DNA of 64,000 bases from contig CAVYCN010000004.1 in the NCBI GenBank assembly GCA_963767005.1, positions 192,001 to 256,000 of the forward strand. Direction: 5' to 3'. Of the stretch, positions 29,021-38,637 are shown piece after piece. The stretch's first letter is position 1. Every line of letters begins with the position of its first letter. The notes beneath the pieces were generated by a model that was not told where the DNA came from, made no database searches, and worked only from the letters and a program-made list of their open reading frames with translations. A program made the translations under genes and the position numbers. The DNA is from an uncultured Actinomycetes bacterium (GTDB lineage Bacteria; Actinomycetota; Thermoleophilia; UBA2241).

Positions 29021-30504
29021 CGCGTGTGGGCGACGGCCGGCCGTCGCGCGACGGCCGGGTCAGAGAGATGATGGGCGGCGTAGGCGCGCCACGGCCGCCA
29101 GCCCTCGGCCCGGCGGAGCGCCGCGAACCGGTCGTCGGGCAGGCCGCGCGCGGCGAGGGCGCGGCGCACGCCGAGGTCGGTCGCGGGGAACGCGTCGCAG
29201 TCGCCGAGCCGCATGAGGAGCGTCTCGACCGTCCACTCGCCGATGCCCGGCAGCGCGCGCAGCCGAACGCGCAGCTCCTCGTGGTCCGCGCCGGCGTCGA
29301 CTACGACCCGGCGCTCGGCGATCGCGCAGGCCAGCGCCTGGAGCGCGCGGCGGCGGGCATCGGGCAGCGGCAGCAGAGCCGCGCCGGCCGCGCCGACCGT
29401 CGCGGCGTCGGGGAACGTCGTGGTGAGGCCGCCGTCGGGCTCGGTCAGTGGGCGGCCGAGGGCGGCCGCGATGCGAGCCACGAGCCGGCGCGCCCCGGCG
29501 ACCGACACCTGCTGGCCGACGACCGTGCGCAGGGCGACCTCGGCGCCGTCGACCGTCCCCGGCACGCGCCGTCCCGGAGCGGCCGTGACCAGGGGCCCGA
29601 GCAGCGGGTCGCGTCCGAGGGCGGCGTCGACGGCGCCCGGGTCGGCGTCGAGGTCGCAGAGCGCGCGGCAGCGTCCGACCGCGGCCGCGAGGTCGGCGAG
29701 GTCGGCCAGCGCCAGGCGGCACTCGACGTGGTCGAGCCGCGGCGTGAGCTCGACCACGGCCGTGCCGCGCGGCAGCGCGAGGGTGCGCCGGTAAGTGTCC
29801 CCGTCGAGTTCCTCGACGCCGGGTGCGGCACGGGCCGCAAGAAAGCGCAGCAGCGCGCCGCCGTCGAAGGGCTCGCGACAGGGCAGGCGCAGCGCGAGGC
29901 GGCCGGCCTGGGGGGCGGCGGGCGCGCCGGCGCCGCGGCGCCGGCGCGCCCGCCGCCGGATCTCCGTCGGAGCGAGGGCGTAGACGCGGCGCACGGTGTC
30001 GTTGAACTGGCGCACGCTCGAGAAGCCGGCCGCGAAGGCGACCTCGGCGAGTGGCACCGTCGTGGTCTCGATCAGCAGACGCGCGGTCTGGGCGCGCTGC
30101 GCCCGCGCCAGCTCGAGCGGTCCGGCGCCGAGCTGGTCGACGAGCACCCGGCGCAGGTGGCGGGGGCTGTAGGCGAGCTGCCGGGCGAGCCCGTCGACGC
30201 CGTCACGGTCGACGACACCGTCGGCGATCAGCCGCATCGCCCTGCCGGCAAGGTCGGCGGCCTGGTTCCAGCGTGGCGAGCCCGGCACCGCGTCGGGGCG
30301 ACAGCGCAGGCAGGCGCGAAAGCCCGCCGCCTGGGCGGCCGCGGCGGTGGGATAGAAGCGCACGTGCTCGCGGCGCGGGGTCATGGCCGGGCAGCTCGGC
30401 CGGCAGTAGACGCCGGTCGAGGTCACGGCGACGAAGAACCAGCCGTCGAAACGCGCGTCGCGGCTCTGCAGGGCGCGGTAGGCGATCTCGGCATCGGGCA
30501 GCAC
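29017..30504 (-). CDS. alkA: Ada Zn-domain/AraC/AlkA DNA-3-methyladenine glycosylase fusion
   Basis: TGVYCRPSC, GFRACLRC, AraC HTH (GFSSVRQFN), LPGIGEWT, WRPWRAYA; probably leaderless (TACAGT 6 nt upstream). Confidence 0.9.
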   Translation of the reverse strand: MLPDAEIAYRALQSRDARFDGWFFVAVTSTGVYCRPSCPAMTPRREHVRFYPTAAAAQAAGFRACLRCRPDAVPGSPRWNQAADLAGRAMRLIADGVVDRDGVDGLARQLAYSPRHLRRVLVDQLGAGPLELARAQRAQTARLLIETTTVPLAEVAFAAGFSSVRQFNDTVRRVYALAPTEIRRRARRRRGAGAPAAPQAGRLALRLPCREPFDGGALLRFLAARAAPGVEELDGDTYRRTLALPRGTAVVELTPRLDHVECRLALADLADLAAAVGRCRALCDLDADPGAVDAALGRDPLLGPLVTAAPGRRVPGTVDGAEVALRTVVGQQVSVAGARRLVARIAAALGRPLTEPDGGLTTTFPDAATVGAAGAALLPLPDARRRALQALACAIAERRVVVDAGADHEELRVRLRALPGIGEWTVETLLMRLGDCDAFPATDLGVRRALAARGLPDDRFAALRRAEGWRPWRAYAAHHLSDPAVARRPAVAHTR

Positions 30505-30672
30505 GACCTCACTGTACCCTCTCGCCAAGGCTGGGCCAGCGGGAATCGGCCGGCCACTTGCCGGACCGGCCCGCCGCGGCCGAAACCCGCCGGGCCGCGG
30601 CCGGCGGCGTGGCATCATGACGGCAGCGGATGCACGGCGGCCCGCCGGAGGGGCAGCCGGAAAGGAGGCGAC

Positions 30673-31191
30673 ATGCACGCGATGGTCAGTGATACGCCGA
30701 TCGGCCGCCTGGAGCTCATCGCCGGCGATGGTGCCCTGCGCGAGATCCGTCTGCTGGACACGGCCGGCGACCCCGCCGGGGCGCACGGCGCGGAAGCGGC
30801 GGCGCCTGCCGCCGGCAGGTCGTCGGGCGCCGGCCTCGCCGGCGGCGACCAGGTTGTTCTGGACAGGGCGTACCGGCAGCTCGCGGAGTACTTCGCCGGC
30901 GCCAGACGCACGTTCGATCTGCCGCTGGCCCCCGTGGGCACGGCCTTCCAACTGCGCGTCTGGGAGTGTCTGCGGGCGGTCGGGTACGGCGAGACGGTGA
31001 GCTACGGCGCGCTCGCGGCCGCGCTCGGCGCGCCGCGCGCGGCGCGTGCCGTCGGCGCGGCGCTCGGTCGCAACCCCCTGCCCGTCGTCGTGCCGTGTCA
31101 CCGGGTGATCGGCGTGGCCGGGGACCTGCGCGGCTTCGGTCTGGGGATCGACGTCAAGCGGCGGCTGCTCGACCTCGAGGCGCGGGCCTGA
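30673..31191 (+). CDS. ogt: Methylated-DNA-protein-cysteine methyltransferase
   Basis: GTAFQ, ARAVG, NPLPVVVPCHRV; AAGGAGG RBS. Confidence 0.93.
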   Translation: MHAMVSDTPIGRLELIAGDGALREIRLLDTAGDPAGAHGAEAAAPAAGRSSGAGLAGGDQVVLDRAYRQLAEYFAGARRTFDLPLAPVGTAFQLRVWECLRAVGYGETVSYGALAAALGAPRAARAVGAALGRNPLPVVVPCHRVIGVAGDLRGFGLGIDVKRRLLDLEARA

Positions 31192-31276
31192 GCGGCTCCT
31201 CGCTCGCGCGGCCAGCCGGCGATGGCCGGGCGGCAAACGGGAGAGAGCCGGGTACGCCGCCGGGAATGGTGCCGGC

Positions 31277-32176
31277 ATGTCCTCACACTCCACCGACCGC
31301 CCGGCCGGACGTTCGCCGGCGGGCTCCGTACCGGGGCGCGCCGAGGACGACACCGGCGACCTCGAGGAGGCCCGCCGGCGGTCGGCCCTGACCGCGCTTG
31401 TCGTCCACGAGGCCATCCGTCTCGAGGGCCAGGAAGAGCTCGCGCGTCCGCTCGAGGCCGTCGCCTTCTCGGCTCTCGCGGCAGGCCTGTCGATGGGTTT
31501 CTCGTTCGTCGCCGAGGGGCTGCTGAACGCCTATCTGCCGGACGCGGCCTGGGCGCCGCTCGTCATCAAGCTCGGCTATCCGATCGGCTTCCTCATCGTG
31601 ATCCTGGGGCGGCAGCAGCTCTTCACCGAGACTACGGTCACCGTCGTGCTGCCGCTGCTGTCCCGGCGCACGTGGGCGACACTGGTGCGCGTGCTCGAGT
31701 TCTGGGCGGTCGTGCTCGGCTCGAACCTGCTCGGGACGCTCGCCATCGCCGGCATCCTCGGGGCCACCAACGCGTACGGGCCCGTCGTGAAGGGGCAGTT
31801 CGCGCAACTCGGCTACGCCGCGCTCAGCCCGGATTTCGGTGGTACGGTGGTGCGCGCCGTTTTCGCCGGCTGGATCGTGGCGACCGTGGTGTGGCTGCAG
31901 CCGGCCGCCTCCGGCGGCGGACGAGTCGCCGTGATCGTGGCGCTGACGTACCTGGTCGGCCTGGCCAACCTGAGCCACATCATCGCCGGATCCGTCGAGA
32001 CGCTCTTCCTGGTGACCACCGGTCGTCTGGACTGGCTCACCTGGCTGGGCCGGTTCATGGTGCCGACACTGCTCGGCAACACGCTCGGCGGGGTCGCCTT
32101 CGTGGCTGCCCTGAACCACGCCCAGGTCACCGCTGGGCGGCGACGACGGGCGACCCGCGACTCCGGGGAGTCGTGA
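31277..32176 (+). CDS. Formate/nitrite transporter family (YfdC-like)
   Basis: SALAAGLSMG, RQQLFTE, HIIAGS, LGNTLGG. Confidence 0.85.
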   Translation: MSSHSTDRPAGRSPAGSVPGRAEDDTGDLEEARRRSALTALVVHEAIRLEGQEELARPLEAVAFSALAAGLSMGFSFVAEGLLNAYLPDAAWAPLVIKLGYPIGFLIVILGRQQLFTETTVTVVLPLLSRRTWATLVRVLEFWAVVLGSNLLGTLAIAGILGATNAYGPVVKGQFAQLGYAALSPDFGGTVVRAVFAGWIVATVVWLQPAASGGGRVAVIVALTYLVGLANLSHIIAGSVETLFLVTTGRLDWLTWLGRFMVPTLLGNTLGGVAFVAALNHAQVTAGRRRRATRDSGES

Positions 32177-32232
32177 CGCGGCGCCCTGCCGGGTAGAAGA
32201 CCGGACGTCCGGGACGACGAAGGGAAGGTCGG

Positions 32233-32544
32233 GTGAGCGACGTGACGGGCGGCAAGCGGCGGGACGGGGTGACGGTGCGCGACGAGCCGGCAAGCGCGCG
32301 CTACGAGCTCTTCGTGGACGGGGAGCTCGCCGGTTTTGCGACCTATTGTCGCGAGAACGGCGTCATGACGATCCCGCACACCGAGGTCGAGCTGCGCTTC
32401 GAGGGCCGCGGGCTGGGCGCGCGTCTGGCGCGCTTCGCGCTCGACGACGCGCGCCGCCACGGCTGGCGTGTCGTGCCGCGCTGCCCGTTCGTGGCGTCGT
32501 ACATCGAGCGCCATCCCGAGTACGCCGACCTCGTGGCCGGTTGA
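32233..32544 (+). CDS. YjdJ-like GNAT protein
   Basis: HTEV..GRGLG..VPRCPFV..RHPEYADL. Confidence 0.85.
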   Translation: MSDVTGGKRRDGVTVRDEPASARYELFVDGELAGFATYCRENGVMTIPHTEVELRFEGRGLGARLARFALDDARRHGWRVVPRCPFVASYIERHPEYADLVAG

Positions 32545-32578
32545 GGCCGCGCCACTCCTCGCGGCCGGCAGCGGCCGG

Positions 32579-33496
32579 TCAGGCCGCCCGCGGCGTGGAC
32601 GGGCGGCGCTCGAGGCCGGCGCGGTCCCAGCCGGCGAGGCGCGCGCCGGCGGCGTAGGCCGACTCGCAGAAGTCGAGCAGCAAGGCGGCCGGATCGGCCG
32701 CGCTCCGCACGGTCTCGTAGGGCAGGACGAACTCGCCGACCTCGTCGCTCCAGCCAGCGCCCGGCGGTGAGACGGAGGCCGCCTCGAGGCCCGGCGGCTT
32801 GGGGTACGTGTAGGCGAAGAACACGGGCGCCGGCGAGGTCTCGTCGCCCGGCCAGAAACCGACCAGCGACTGCTCGGCGCCCATGGCGACCCGTTCGATC
32901 TGGCCGCTGTCGAACGGCGGGCTGGCCGGTCGGCCCGAGAAGCGCGTGACCGAGAGATCGAACGTGCCCCACCACAGCCAGACCGGCGTCTGCTTGCCGC
33001 GGAAGCCCGAGCGGTAGCGGTCGAAGACGGCCGCCACCCGCATCCAGGTCTGGTGCAGGGCGCCGGCGCAGCGCTGATCGTAGGCGCGGGGTGTGGCGTC
33101 GGTCGACAGCGGCACCGGGGTGCGTGTTTCGACCGAGGTCGGCTCCACCGCGACGTGCGCGCCGAGCTCACCGAGGGTGCGCAGGACATCGGCGTAGAAC
33201 CGCGCGATCGGGCCCGGCGCGAGCGCCACCGCGCGTCGTTCGCCGGCGCTCGACTCGACCTGCAGCTCGTGGTCGACGAGGTCAAGGCGCAGGGACAGGC
33301 CGCGATCGTCGGGCCAGAGCAGCTGGCTCTCCAGGCCGCGCGCCGTCACGCGCAGGGGCGCCTGCGCCCACTCGGCCTGCGAGGGGGTGAGGGCGAGCTG
33401 TACCTTGCCGATCACCTGCGTCATGAGGTGGAGCGTGGTGAGAGTGTCGCGGCAGGCCGCCGCGTCGAGGTCGGGCCACCTCGTCTGCTGCGCCAT
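32579..33496 (-). CDS. DUF5996-like protein
   Basis: TLHLMTQVIGK, FRGKQTPV..WGTFDLSVTRFSG, GFWPG, YAYTYP-like, GEFVLPYE. Confidence 0.75.
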   Translation of the reverse strand: MAQQTRWPDLDAAACRDTLTTLHLMTQVIGKVQLALTPSQAEWAQAPLRVTARGLESQLLWPDDRGLSLRLDLVDHELQVESSAGERRAVALAPGPIARFYADVLRTLGELGAHVAVEPTSVETRTPVPLSTDATPRAYDQRCAGALHQTWMRVAAVFDRYRSGFRGKQTPVWLWWGTFDLSVTRFSGRPASPPFDSGQIERVAMGAEQSLVGFWPGDETSPAPVFFAYTYPKPPGLEAASVSPPGAGWSDEVGEFVLPYETVRSAADPAALLLDFCESAYAAGARLAGWDRAGLERRPSTPRAA

Positions 33497-33630
33497 GAGG
33501 GCCTCCTTCGGACCGGGCCTTTGCGCGAAGGCCGCGTCGGACGCGCTTTGCGGGTAGAACCTCCTGGAAGCTACCCCGGCGCGGCGGGCGGCAAGCCGCC
33601 GCGTCACGGATCGGAAGAGGTGGTGGGTAC

Positions 33631-34098
33631 ATGACGGGATTCGAGAAGCCAAGCGACGAGGAGCTGCGCGGCCGGCTCACCCCGCGGCAGTATCAAGTCA
33701 CGCAGCACGAGGGCACCGAACCGGCCTTCGACAACGAGTACTGGGATGAGCACCGCGACGGCATCTACGTTGACGTCGTCTCCGGCGAGCCCCTGTTCAG
33801 CTCGCGCGACAAGTACGACTCGGGCACCGGCTGGCCGAGCTTCACCCGACCGATCGACCAGGCCGCGGTCGAGACGAAGCGCGACTTCAAGGTCCTCGTA
33901 CCGCGCACCGAGGCGCACAGCACGAGCAGCGGCGCGCACCTGGGTCACGTCTTCGAGGACGGCCCGGCGCCGACCGGCACGCGTTACTGTATGAACTCGG
34001 CTGCGCTGCGCTTCGTGCCCCGCGAGCGCATGGCGGCGGAGGGCTACGGGCGCTATCTCGGCCTGTTCGACGAGGCCGCGGCCGCCAGCGGCGGCTGA
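33631..34098 (+). CDS. msrB: Peptide-methionine (R)-S-oxide reductase
   Basis: [26 protein letters not shown]. Confidence 0.95.
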   Translation: MTGFEKPSDEELRGRLTPRQYQVTQHEGTEPAFDNEYWDEHRDGIYVDVVSGEPLFSSRDKYDSGTGWPSFTRPIDQAAVETKRDFKVLVPRTEAHSTSSGAHLGHVFEDGPAPTGTRYCMNSAALRFVPRERMAAEGYGRYLGLFDEAAAASGG

Positions 34099-34115
34099 GC
34101 GACCGGAAGGACCCC

Positions 34116-34187
34116 CAAAAGGGGACGAGCCCCGCGGGGGACGGGGCTCGTCGAAGGGCTTGGGGTCGCCCTTGAGGGGGGTCGCCC
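34116..34187 (-). ncRNA. Candidate sRNA with C-rich loops (6C-like), ending in a hairpin plus U-tract
   Basis: Minus strand GGGCGACCCCCCUC, AAGGGC(GACCCCAA)GCCCUU, GACGAGCCCCG(UCCCCCG)CGGGGCUCGUC, CCCUUUU; -10-like GATACT and phased CTTAA repeats upstream. Confidence 0.5.
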
Positions 34188-34190
34188 GTA

Positions 34191-34244
34191 AGTATCGGCG
34201 CAGTCGTTTAAGTCTGTGTTAAGCCGGGGCGAAGGCGGGTTAAG
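34191..34244 (-). promoter_or_regulatory. Helically phased CTTAA direct repeats plus a -10 element
   Basis: TTAAG on the plus strand at 34208, 34219, 34230 (degenerate) and 34240; GCCGATACT on the minus strand at 34199-34191. Confidence 0.5.
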
Positions 34245-34254
34245 GCTGCCGGTC

Positions 34255-34354
34255 GACTCGTCGCCGCGCAGGCAGGAGCGACATCGTCGCGCGCCTCGTC
34301 CGTCGAAGGACTTCGTCGTCGCCGCTCAGGCAGGCGTGACTTCGTCGCGCGCCT
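34255..34354. repeat. REP-like repeat, tandem pair (degenerate copy plus full copy)
   Basis: 34255-34296 degenerate; 34309-34354 GACTTCGTCGTCGCCGCTCAGGCAGGCGTGACTTCGTCGCGCGCCT. Confidence 0.8.
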
Positions 34355-34356
34355 GG

Positions 34357-35574
34357 TCAGCCCTGGCCTTTAGGCAGCAGCGGCTCGTCCGGCGGCGAGA
34401 CCTGTGGCACCTGGCTGCGCAGCTCGATCAGCTTCTGGCGCAGCTCGCCCTGGAGCTGGACGATCTCGCCCTCGGCCTGCAGGCGGCGCTGCCGGCCCTC
34501 GTCCTGGATGCGGATCGTCTCCTCGAGGGTCGCGATCAGCTCGGTGTTGACCTTGCGCAGCGTCTCGACCTCGACGACCCCGCGTTCGACCTCGCGGCCG
34601 ACCTTGGCCTGGCCCTCGCGCAGCAGCTCGGCGTTCTTGGCGAGCAGCTCGTTGGTCGTCTCGGCGACCTGGTGCTGCAGGGCGAGCGCCTTCTGCTGGC
34701 GGTACAGGCTGATGGCGATCACGATCTGATTCTTCCAGAGCGGCACGGTGGTAAGAATGGAGCTCTGGATCTTCTCGACCAGGTCGTGATCGGCACCCTG
34801 GATGAGGCGGATCTGGGGGGCCGTCTGCACCGCGATCGTGCGCGTGAGCCGCAGGTCGTGGAGGCGCCGTTCGAAACGGGTCACCGCCTGCTGGAAGTCG
34901 GCCAGGCGTTGGGCGGCCATGGGGTCGTCCGAGGTGCGCGCCTCGACCTCGAGCGCGGGCAGCCGCGTGGTGTTGAGCTCCTCGAGGACCTGCTCGCCGG
35001 CCGCGATGTAGACGTCGAGCTGCTTCAGATACTCGAGGTTGAGCTCGTACATCTTGTCGAGCACCGTGATGTCCTTGAGCAGCCCCATGCGCGAGCGCTC
35101 GAGGGCGTCGACGATGCGGTCGATGCTGCCGGCCACCTTCTGGTACTTGGCGGCGAAGCGGTTGAAGACGTTGCCGAAGCGCCCGACGATCGGGATGTGC
35201 GGCTTGCCCGACGGGCTCAGGGCGTCGATGTCGAGCTCGCGCACCTTCTTGAGCAGGTCGTTCAACGCCACGCCGCCGGCGCCGGCGTCCTTGTTGCGCA
35301 CGTCGCCGAGCAGCGAGTCGGCGAACGTGGCGATGCGGCTCTGGGCCGGCAGACCGTACGAGATCACGGCCGCCGAGTCGCGGACGTCGACCCCGTGGGC
35401 GATCTCGGCCGCCTTCGCCAGGTCGGTCGGGCTCAGCGGTCCGGCGACCGGTCCGCCCGGCGTCGGTCCAGCGCCGGCCGCGGGGGGCGACGGCACCGCC
35501 GGCACCGACAGCGCGCCGGGCGCCTCGACGGACGGTTCGCGCCTGGTCGGGTCGTGCTCGAGCTCGTCGGTCAT
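34357..35574 (-). CDS. telA: Toxic anion resistance protein (TelA/YaaN)
   Basis: LLKDITVLDKMY..N..Y, QTAPQIRLIQ, TTVPLWKNQ, TNELL..NAELL. Confidence 0.9.
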   Translation of the reverse strand: MTDELEHDPTRREPSVEAPGALSVPAVPSPPAAGAGPTPGGPVAGPLSPTDLAKAAEIAHGVDVRDSAAVISYGLPAQSRIATFADSLLGDVRNKDAGAGGVALNDLLKKVRELDIDALSPSGKPHIPIVGRFGNVFNRFAAKYQKVAGSIDRIVDALERSRMGLLKDITVLDKMYELNLEYLKQLDVYIAAGEQVLEELNTTRLPALEVEARTSDDPMAAQRLADFQQAVTRFERRLHDLRLTRTIAVQTAPQIRLIQGADHDLVEKIQSSILTTVPLWKNQIVIAISLYRQQKALALQHQVAETTNELLAKNAELLREGQAKVGREVERGVVEVETLRKVNTELIATLEETIRIQDEGRQRRLQAEGEIVQLQGELRQKLIELRSQVPQVSPPDEPLLPKGQG

Positions 35575-35584
35575 CAGCGTCTCC

Positions 35585-36571
35585 TTACGTGTCGAGGCCG
35601 CCGGCCTGGCTGTAGTAGTCGTCCATGCGGACCGTCTTCTCGAGCAGCTCGATCTCGCTCTCGAGGTCGAGCACGCGGTCCTCGAGGACGCTCCCGAGCT
35701 GCCCGTCGAAGGCGGTCTGCACGCTGTCGAGCGACGCCTCGGCGCGGCTCAGCGCGGCGGCGACGTCGGGCGACGTCGTGGGCCGCGCGGCGAGCTGTGC
35801 GTAGCCGTCGACGATACGGCGCGCCGCCTCGAGGTAGTAGGTCAGAAAGCCACGTGCCGCGCCGACCTTGGCCGGCCGCGCCACGAGCTCGTTCAGGATG
35901 TCGTCGGCGCAGGCGCAGAGGTGCACGATCTTGTCCTGCACGGCGCGTTTGCCGATCGCGCCGGCCGTCGCGCGGATGGCGTCGACCTCGCGGCGGGCGG
36001 CCTCGATCACCTCGGCCGCCGCCCCGTCGACGTCGTGCGACAGGACGGGACGCTCGGCGGGCGGCAGCAGGCGCGGGTCCTGCGGCGGCGCCGGAACCGA
36101 GCGGCGCGGCGCGTCGCCGAACATGACCGCGCGGTAGTAGGGCCGGATGTAGAGGGCGTGCGCGACCGACACGGCCGACACGAAGACCTGCAGCGCCGCG
36201 AAGCCCAGGAAGAACGACGAATGGATGGCGGCGATGGTGAGGATGAGCGGCACGAGGTAGGCGAAGCCGGCGATCGTCCAGGCCGCGTGGCGCGCGCGGA
36301 TGCCGACGTACACGAAGGCGAGCCAGTTGAAGAAGCCCAGGGTGAAAGTCCAGCCGATCCACAGCGAGTGGCGCCACCAGAAGCGCAGGCGGGCCTTGCC
36401 CGGCGAGAACGGCGCGTACTCGCCCTCGTAGGGCACGACCCCGAGCGACGCGCTCGGCTTGAGCTGCTGCACGTCGCGCACGGCCGTGGCCGGGTGACCG
36501 TTCTCGCAGGCGCCGTAGGGCGTGAGCCACACCCAGCGGTCGCAGACTTCGCAGAATCCTCCGAGCGGCAT
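35585..36571 (-). CDS. XpaC-like protein with N-terminal Zn-ribbon and TM segments
   Basis: C-terminal ARGFLTYYL..Y..L..LDLESEIELL; immediately upstream of telA; N-terminal CEVC..CENGH. Confidence 0.75.
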   Translation of the reverse strand: MPLGGFCEVCDRWVWLTPYGACENGHPATAVRDVQQLKPSASLGVVPYEGEYAPFSPGKARLRFWWRHSLWIGWTFTLGFFNWLAFVYVGIRARHAAWTIAGFAYLVPLILTIAAIHSSFFLGFAALQVFVSAVSVAHALYIRPYYRAVMFGDAPRRSVPAPPQDPRLLPPAERPVLSHDVDGAAAEVIEAARREVDAIRATAGAIGKRAVQDKIVHLCACADDILNELVARPAKVGAARGFLTYYLEAARRIVDGYAQLAARPTTSPDVAAALSRAEASLDSVQTAFDGQLGSVLEDRVLDLESEIELLEKTVRMDDYYSQAGGLDT

Positions 36572-36832
36572 GTCGTCTCGTCCGTCGTCGCGTAGGGCGG
36601 CGGCCGGCGCGGCGCGCCGGCCGCCGCCCACCCGCTCATTAGCATAGCCCCAGCCCGCGCCTCGTACACTTTCCGGGGCATGGCGACGGCGGGCCTTGGG
36701 CCGGCGCGCACGACGACGGGGGGCGAGGCGCTCGACCCCGGCGAGCGGCCGTCGCACTCGGCCCCGGCGAACGACCGGAAGAGCTCGTCGTCCGCGCGTG
36801 ACGGACGACCGGCGGGCGACTAGCATAGCGTC

Positions 36833-37567
36833 ATGGACAGCGGTGACGAGGTCGCCCGGCAGCTCGTCGACGCGTTGAGCGAGGCGCTCGAGCGCGGCGA
36901 CGCCGCGGGCATCGACTACGCCCGCGAGGAGCTCGAGGACTTCATCGACGAGACCGACGACGCGACGCCGGTGGCGGTCCTCGTCGCGCTCCTCGACCTG
37001 CCCCTCGAGGCGGGCACCCTGACACTGGTCGACGCCGTGTCGGCCAGGCTGCGGCGCCGCGGCCGCGCCGTGATCGAGCCGCTCCTCGACGCCGTGGCCG
37101 GCGAGGCGCCGCCGTCGCTGACGCTCCGCGACCTGGTGTCGGTGGCCGGCGCCGTGGGCGCGCTGCTCGAAGCGGTCACGCGGCGCCCGGGGCTGCCGCC
37201 GGCCATGGAGAACGCGCTGTCGGTCCTGGCCGCGCTCGATCGCGACGTGCTCGTGGACGGGCTGATCGACGCGCTCGAGGGGTCGGCCGACGAGCAGGTG
37301 AAAGAGGTCGCCGCGGCGCTGCTCCTCGATGTCGGCGAGCCGGCCGTCGGCCGGCTCGAAGCGAGCCTGGAGCGCCGCGGCGGGACCGACCCCTGGATGG
37401 TCGACGTCCTCGTCGACCTCAGGGAGCGGCGCACGCTCGGCGCCGGCGAGGCCGGCGCGCCGGCCGGCGCCGACGACATCGAGCGCGAGCTCGCCGACTA
37501 CCTGGAGCGGCGCGGGCGCGAAAGCGGGGAGAGCCCGTCCTCGCCGGACGGAGCCGGGCGCCGCTAG
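36833..37567 (+). CDS. Hypothetical acidic helical (HEAT-repeat-like) protein
   Basis: Repeats like GRAVIEPLL and AAALLLDVGEPAVGRL; TAGCAT -10 directly before the ATG. Confidence 0.6.
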   Translation: MDSGDEVARQLVDALSEALERGDAAGIDYAREELEDFIDETDDATPVAVLVALLDLPLEAGTLTLVDAVSARLRRRGRAVIEPLLDAVAGEAPPSLTLRDLVSVAGAVGALLEAVTRRPGLPPAMENALSVLAALDRDVLVDGLIDALEGSADEQVKEVAAALLLDVGEPAVGRLEASLERRGGTDPWMVDVLVDLRERRTLGAGEAGAPAGADDIERELADYLERRGRESGESPSSPDGAGRR

Positions 37568-37574
37568 CCGGTTT

Positions 37575-37602
37575 TCAAGGACGGCGACCCCCCGTCCGAT
37601 AT
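37575..37602 (+). promoter_or_regulatory. sigma28/WhiG-like promoter TCAA-N16-TCCGATAT
   Basis: Resembles TAAA-N15-GCCGATAA; about 40 nt upstream of the 37645 ATG. Confidence 0.4.
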
Positions 37603-37644
37603 CTGCCTACGGTATCCATCGTCTGGGAGAGCGGGAGGTCATCC

Positions 37645-38313
37645 ATGGCTTCGTGTGCCGTCTGTGGCACCGGCGTGCGCGACGGCGCGACGCACTGCAC
37701 GACCTGCGGCACGCCGACCGGCTTCACGCTGGCGCCGCCCGATGCCGGGCTGCCGCCGGCGCCGGTCGTCTCACCGCCCTCGCCGTTCGAGGACCACGAG
37801 CGCTGGCTCGACCCGGCGCCGGCCATGCCCGCGGGCGAGAGCTGGGCGCCGGCGACGGCGCAGTCCCCCCGCCAGCCGGCCACACGGGCGCCGCGCTCGA
37901 AGACGAACATCATCGTACTGGTCGTGCTCGCGGCGGCGGTCGTCGCCGTGCTCGCCGTCGTCGCCGTGCCGCGCCTCTTCCCGTCCTTCGACCCCCAGAA
38001 GTTCGTCGGTGCGTGGACCTACGCCAGCGACTCCACGAGCGGCGTGACGATCACCCGCGACGGCAAGGACTTCACCCTCGATCTCGTGGGCTCGACCGGC
38101 TCTCATCAGACGCTGCCGGGGGTGCTCAAGGGCAAGCAGCTCGAGATCGACTACGGGCGGCTGGGGCCGCAGGGCGCGGTCGTCAAGAAGTTGAGCGAGA
38201 AGATCGGCGTGGACCTGTCGTTCACCTATCGAGCGAGCGACGACCGTCTCCTGCTCACCGGCTCGAACCCCGAGCAGGGCTCGTTCACGCTCGTCCTCAA
38301 GCGTTCCTCGTGA
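37645..38313 (+). CDS. Zinc-ribbon, Pro-rich, single-TM membrane protein
   Basis: CAVCG..CTTCG, TM helix, C-terminal beta-rich domain; GGAGGT RBS. Confidence 0.75.
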   Translation: MASCAVCGTGVRDGATHCTTCGTPTGFTLAPPDAGLPPAPVVSPPSPFEDHERWLDPAPAMPAGESWAPATAQSPRQPATRAPRSKTNIIVLVVLAAAVVAVLAVVAVPRLFPSFDPQKFVGAWTYASDSTSGVTITRDGKDFTLDLVGSTGSHQTLPGVLKGKQLEIDYGRLGPQGAVVKKLSEKIGVDLSFTYRASDDRLLLTGSNPEQGSFTLVLKRSS

Positions 38314-38442
38314 CGGTGGCGAGGGTGGGAGCGAGCGCGTACACTTAACAGCAAGTTCGCGAGTCGTTCACGCCGTCTTTCGACTCCTCTGCCACCATTG
38401 GTGCGAGACGGCGTGCCGTACACCATCCAGGAGGTTCGTCTT

Positions 38443-38637
38443 TTGAGTCCTACACGCATGTTCGCCTGCCTGTCGTGCGGGCAGCAGTTCGAGATCTCCC
38501 GCGTCGTCGCCGACAGCGCGGTGAGCATGACGCTGTGCCCCGCCTGCGGCGGCCACGAGGTCGAGACGCTGGGCGACGCAAGCCGGCCGGCGAGCGGCCC
38601 GACCGGCGACGAGGCAGCCGCGGCGCACGTCGCCTGA
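38443..38637 (+). CDS. FmdB-like zinc-ribbon small protein
   Basis: CLSCG..FE..CPACGG; AGGAGGT RBS 7 nt before TTG. Confidence 0.7.
   Translation: MSPTRMFACLSCGQQFEISRVVADSAVSMTLCPACGGHEVETLGDASRPASGPTGDEAAAAHVA

Noticed and set aside
29017-31191. Divergent alkA/ogt as a novel arrangement
   Set aside because: Standard adaptive-response genes; orientation alone is unremarkable
34255-34354. Tandem repeats as a mini CRISPR array
   Set aside because: Only two degenerate units with a 12-nt gap, no cas genes, and the other copies are dispersed
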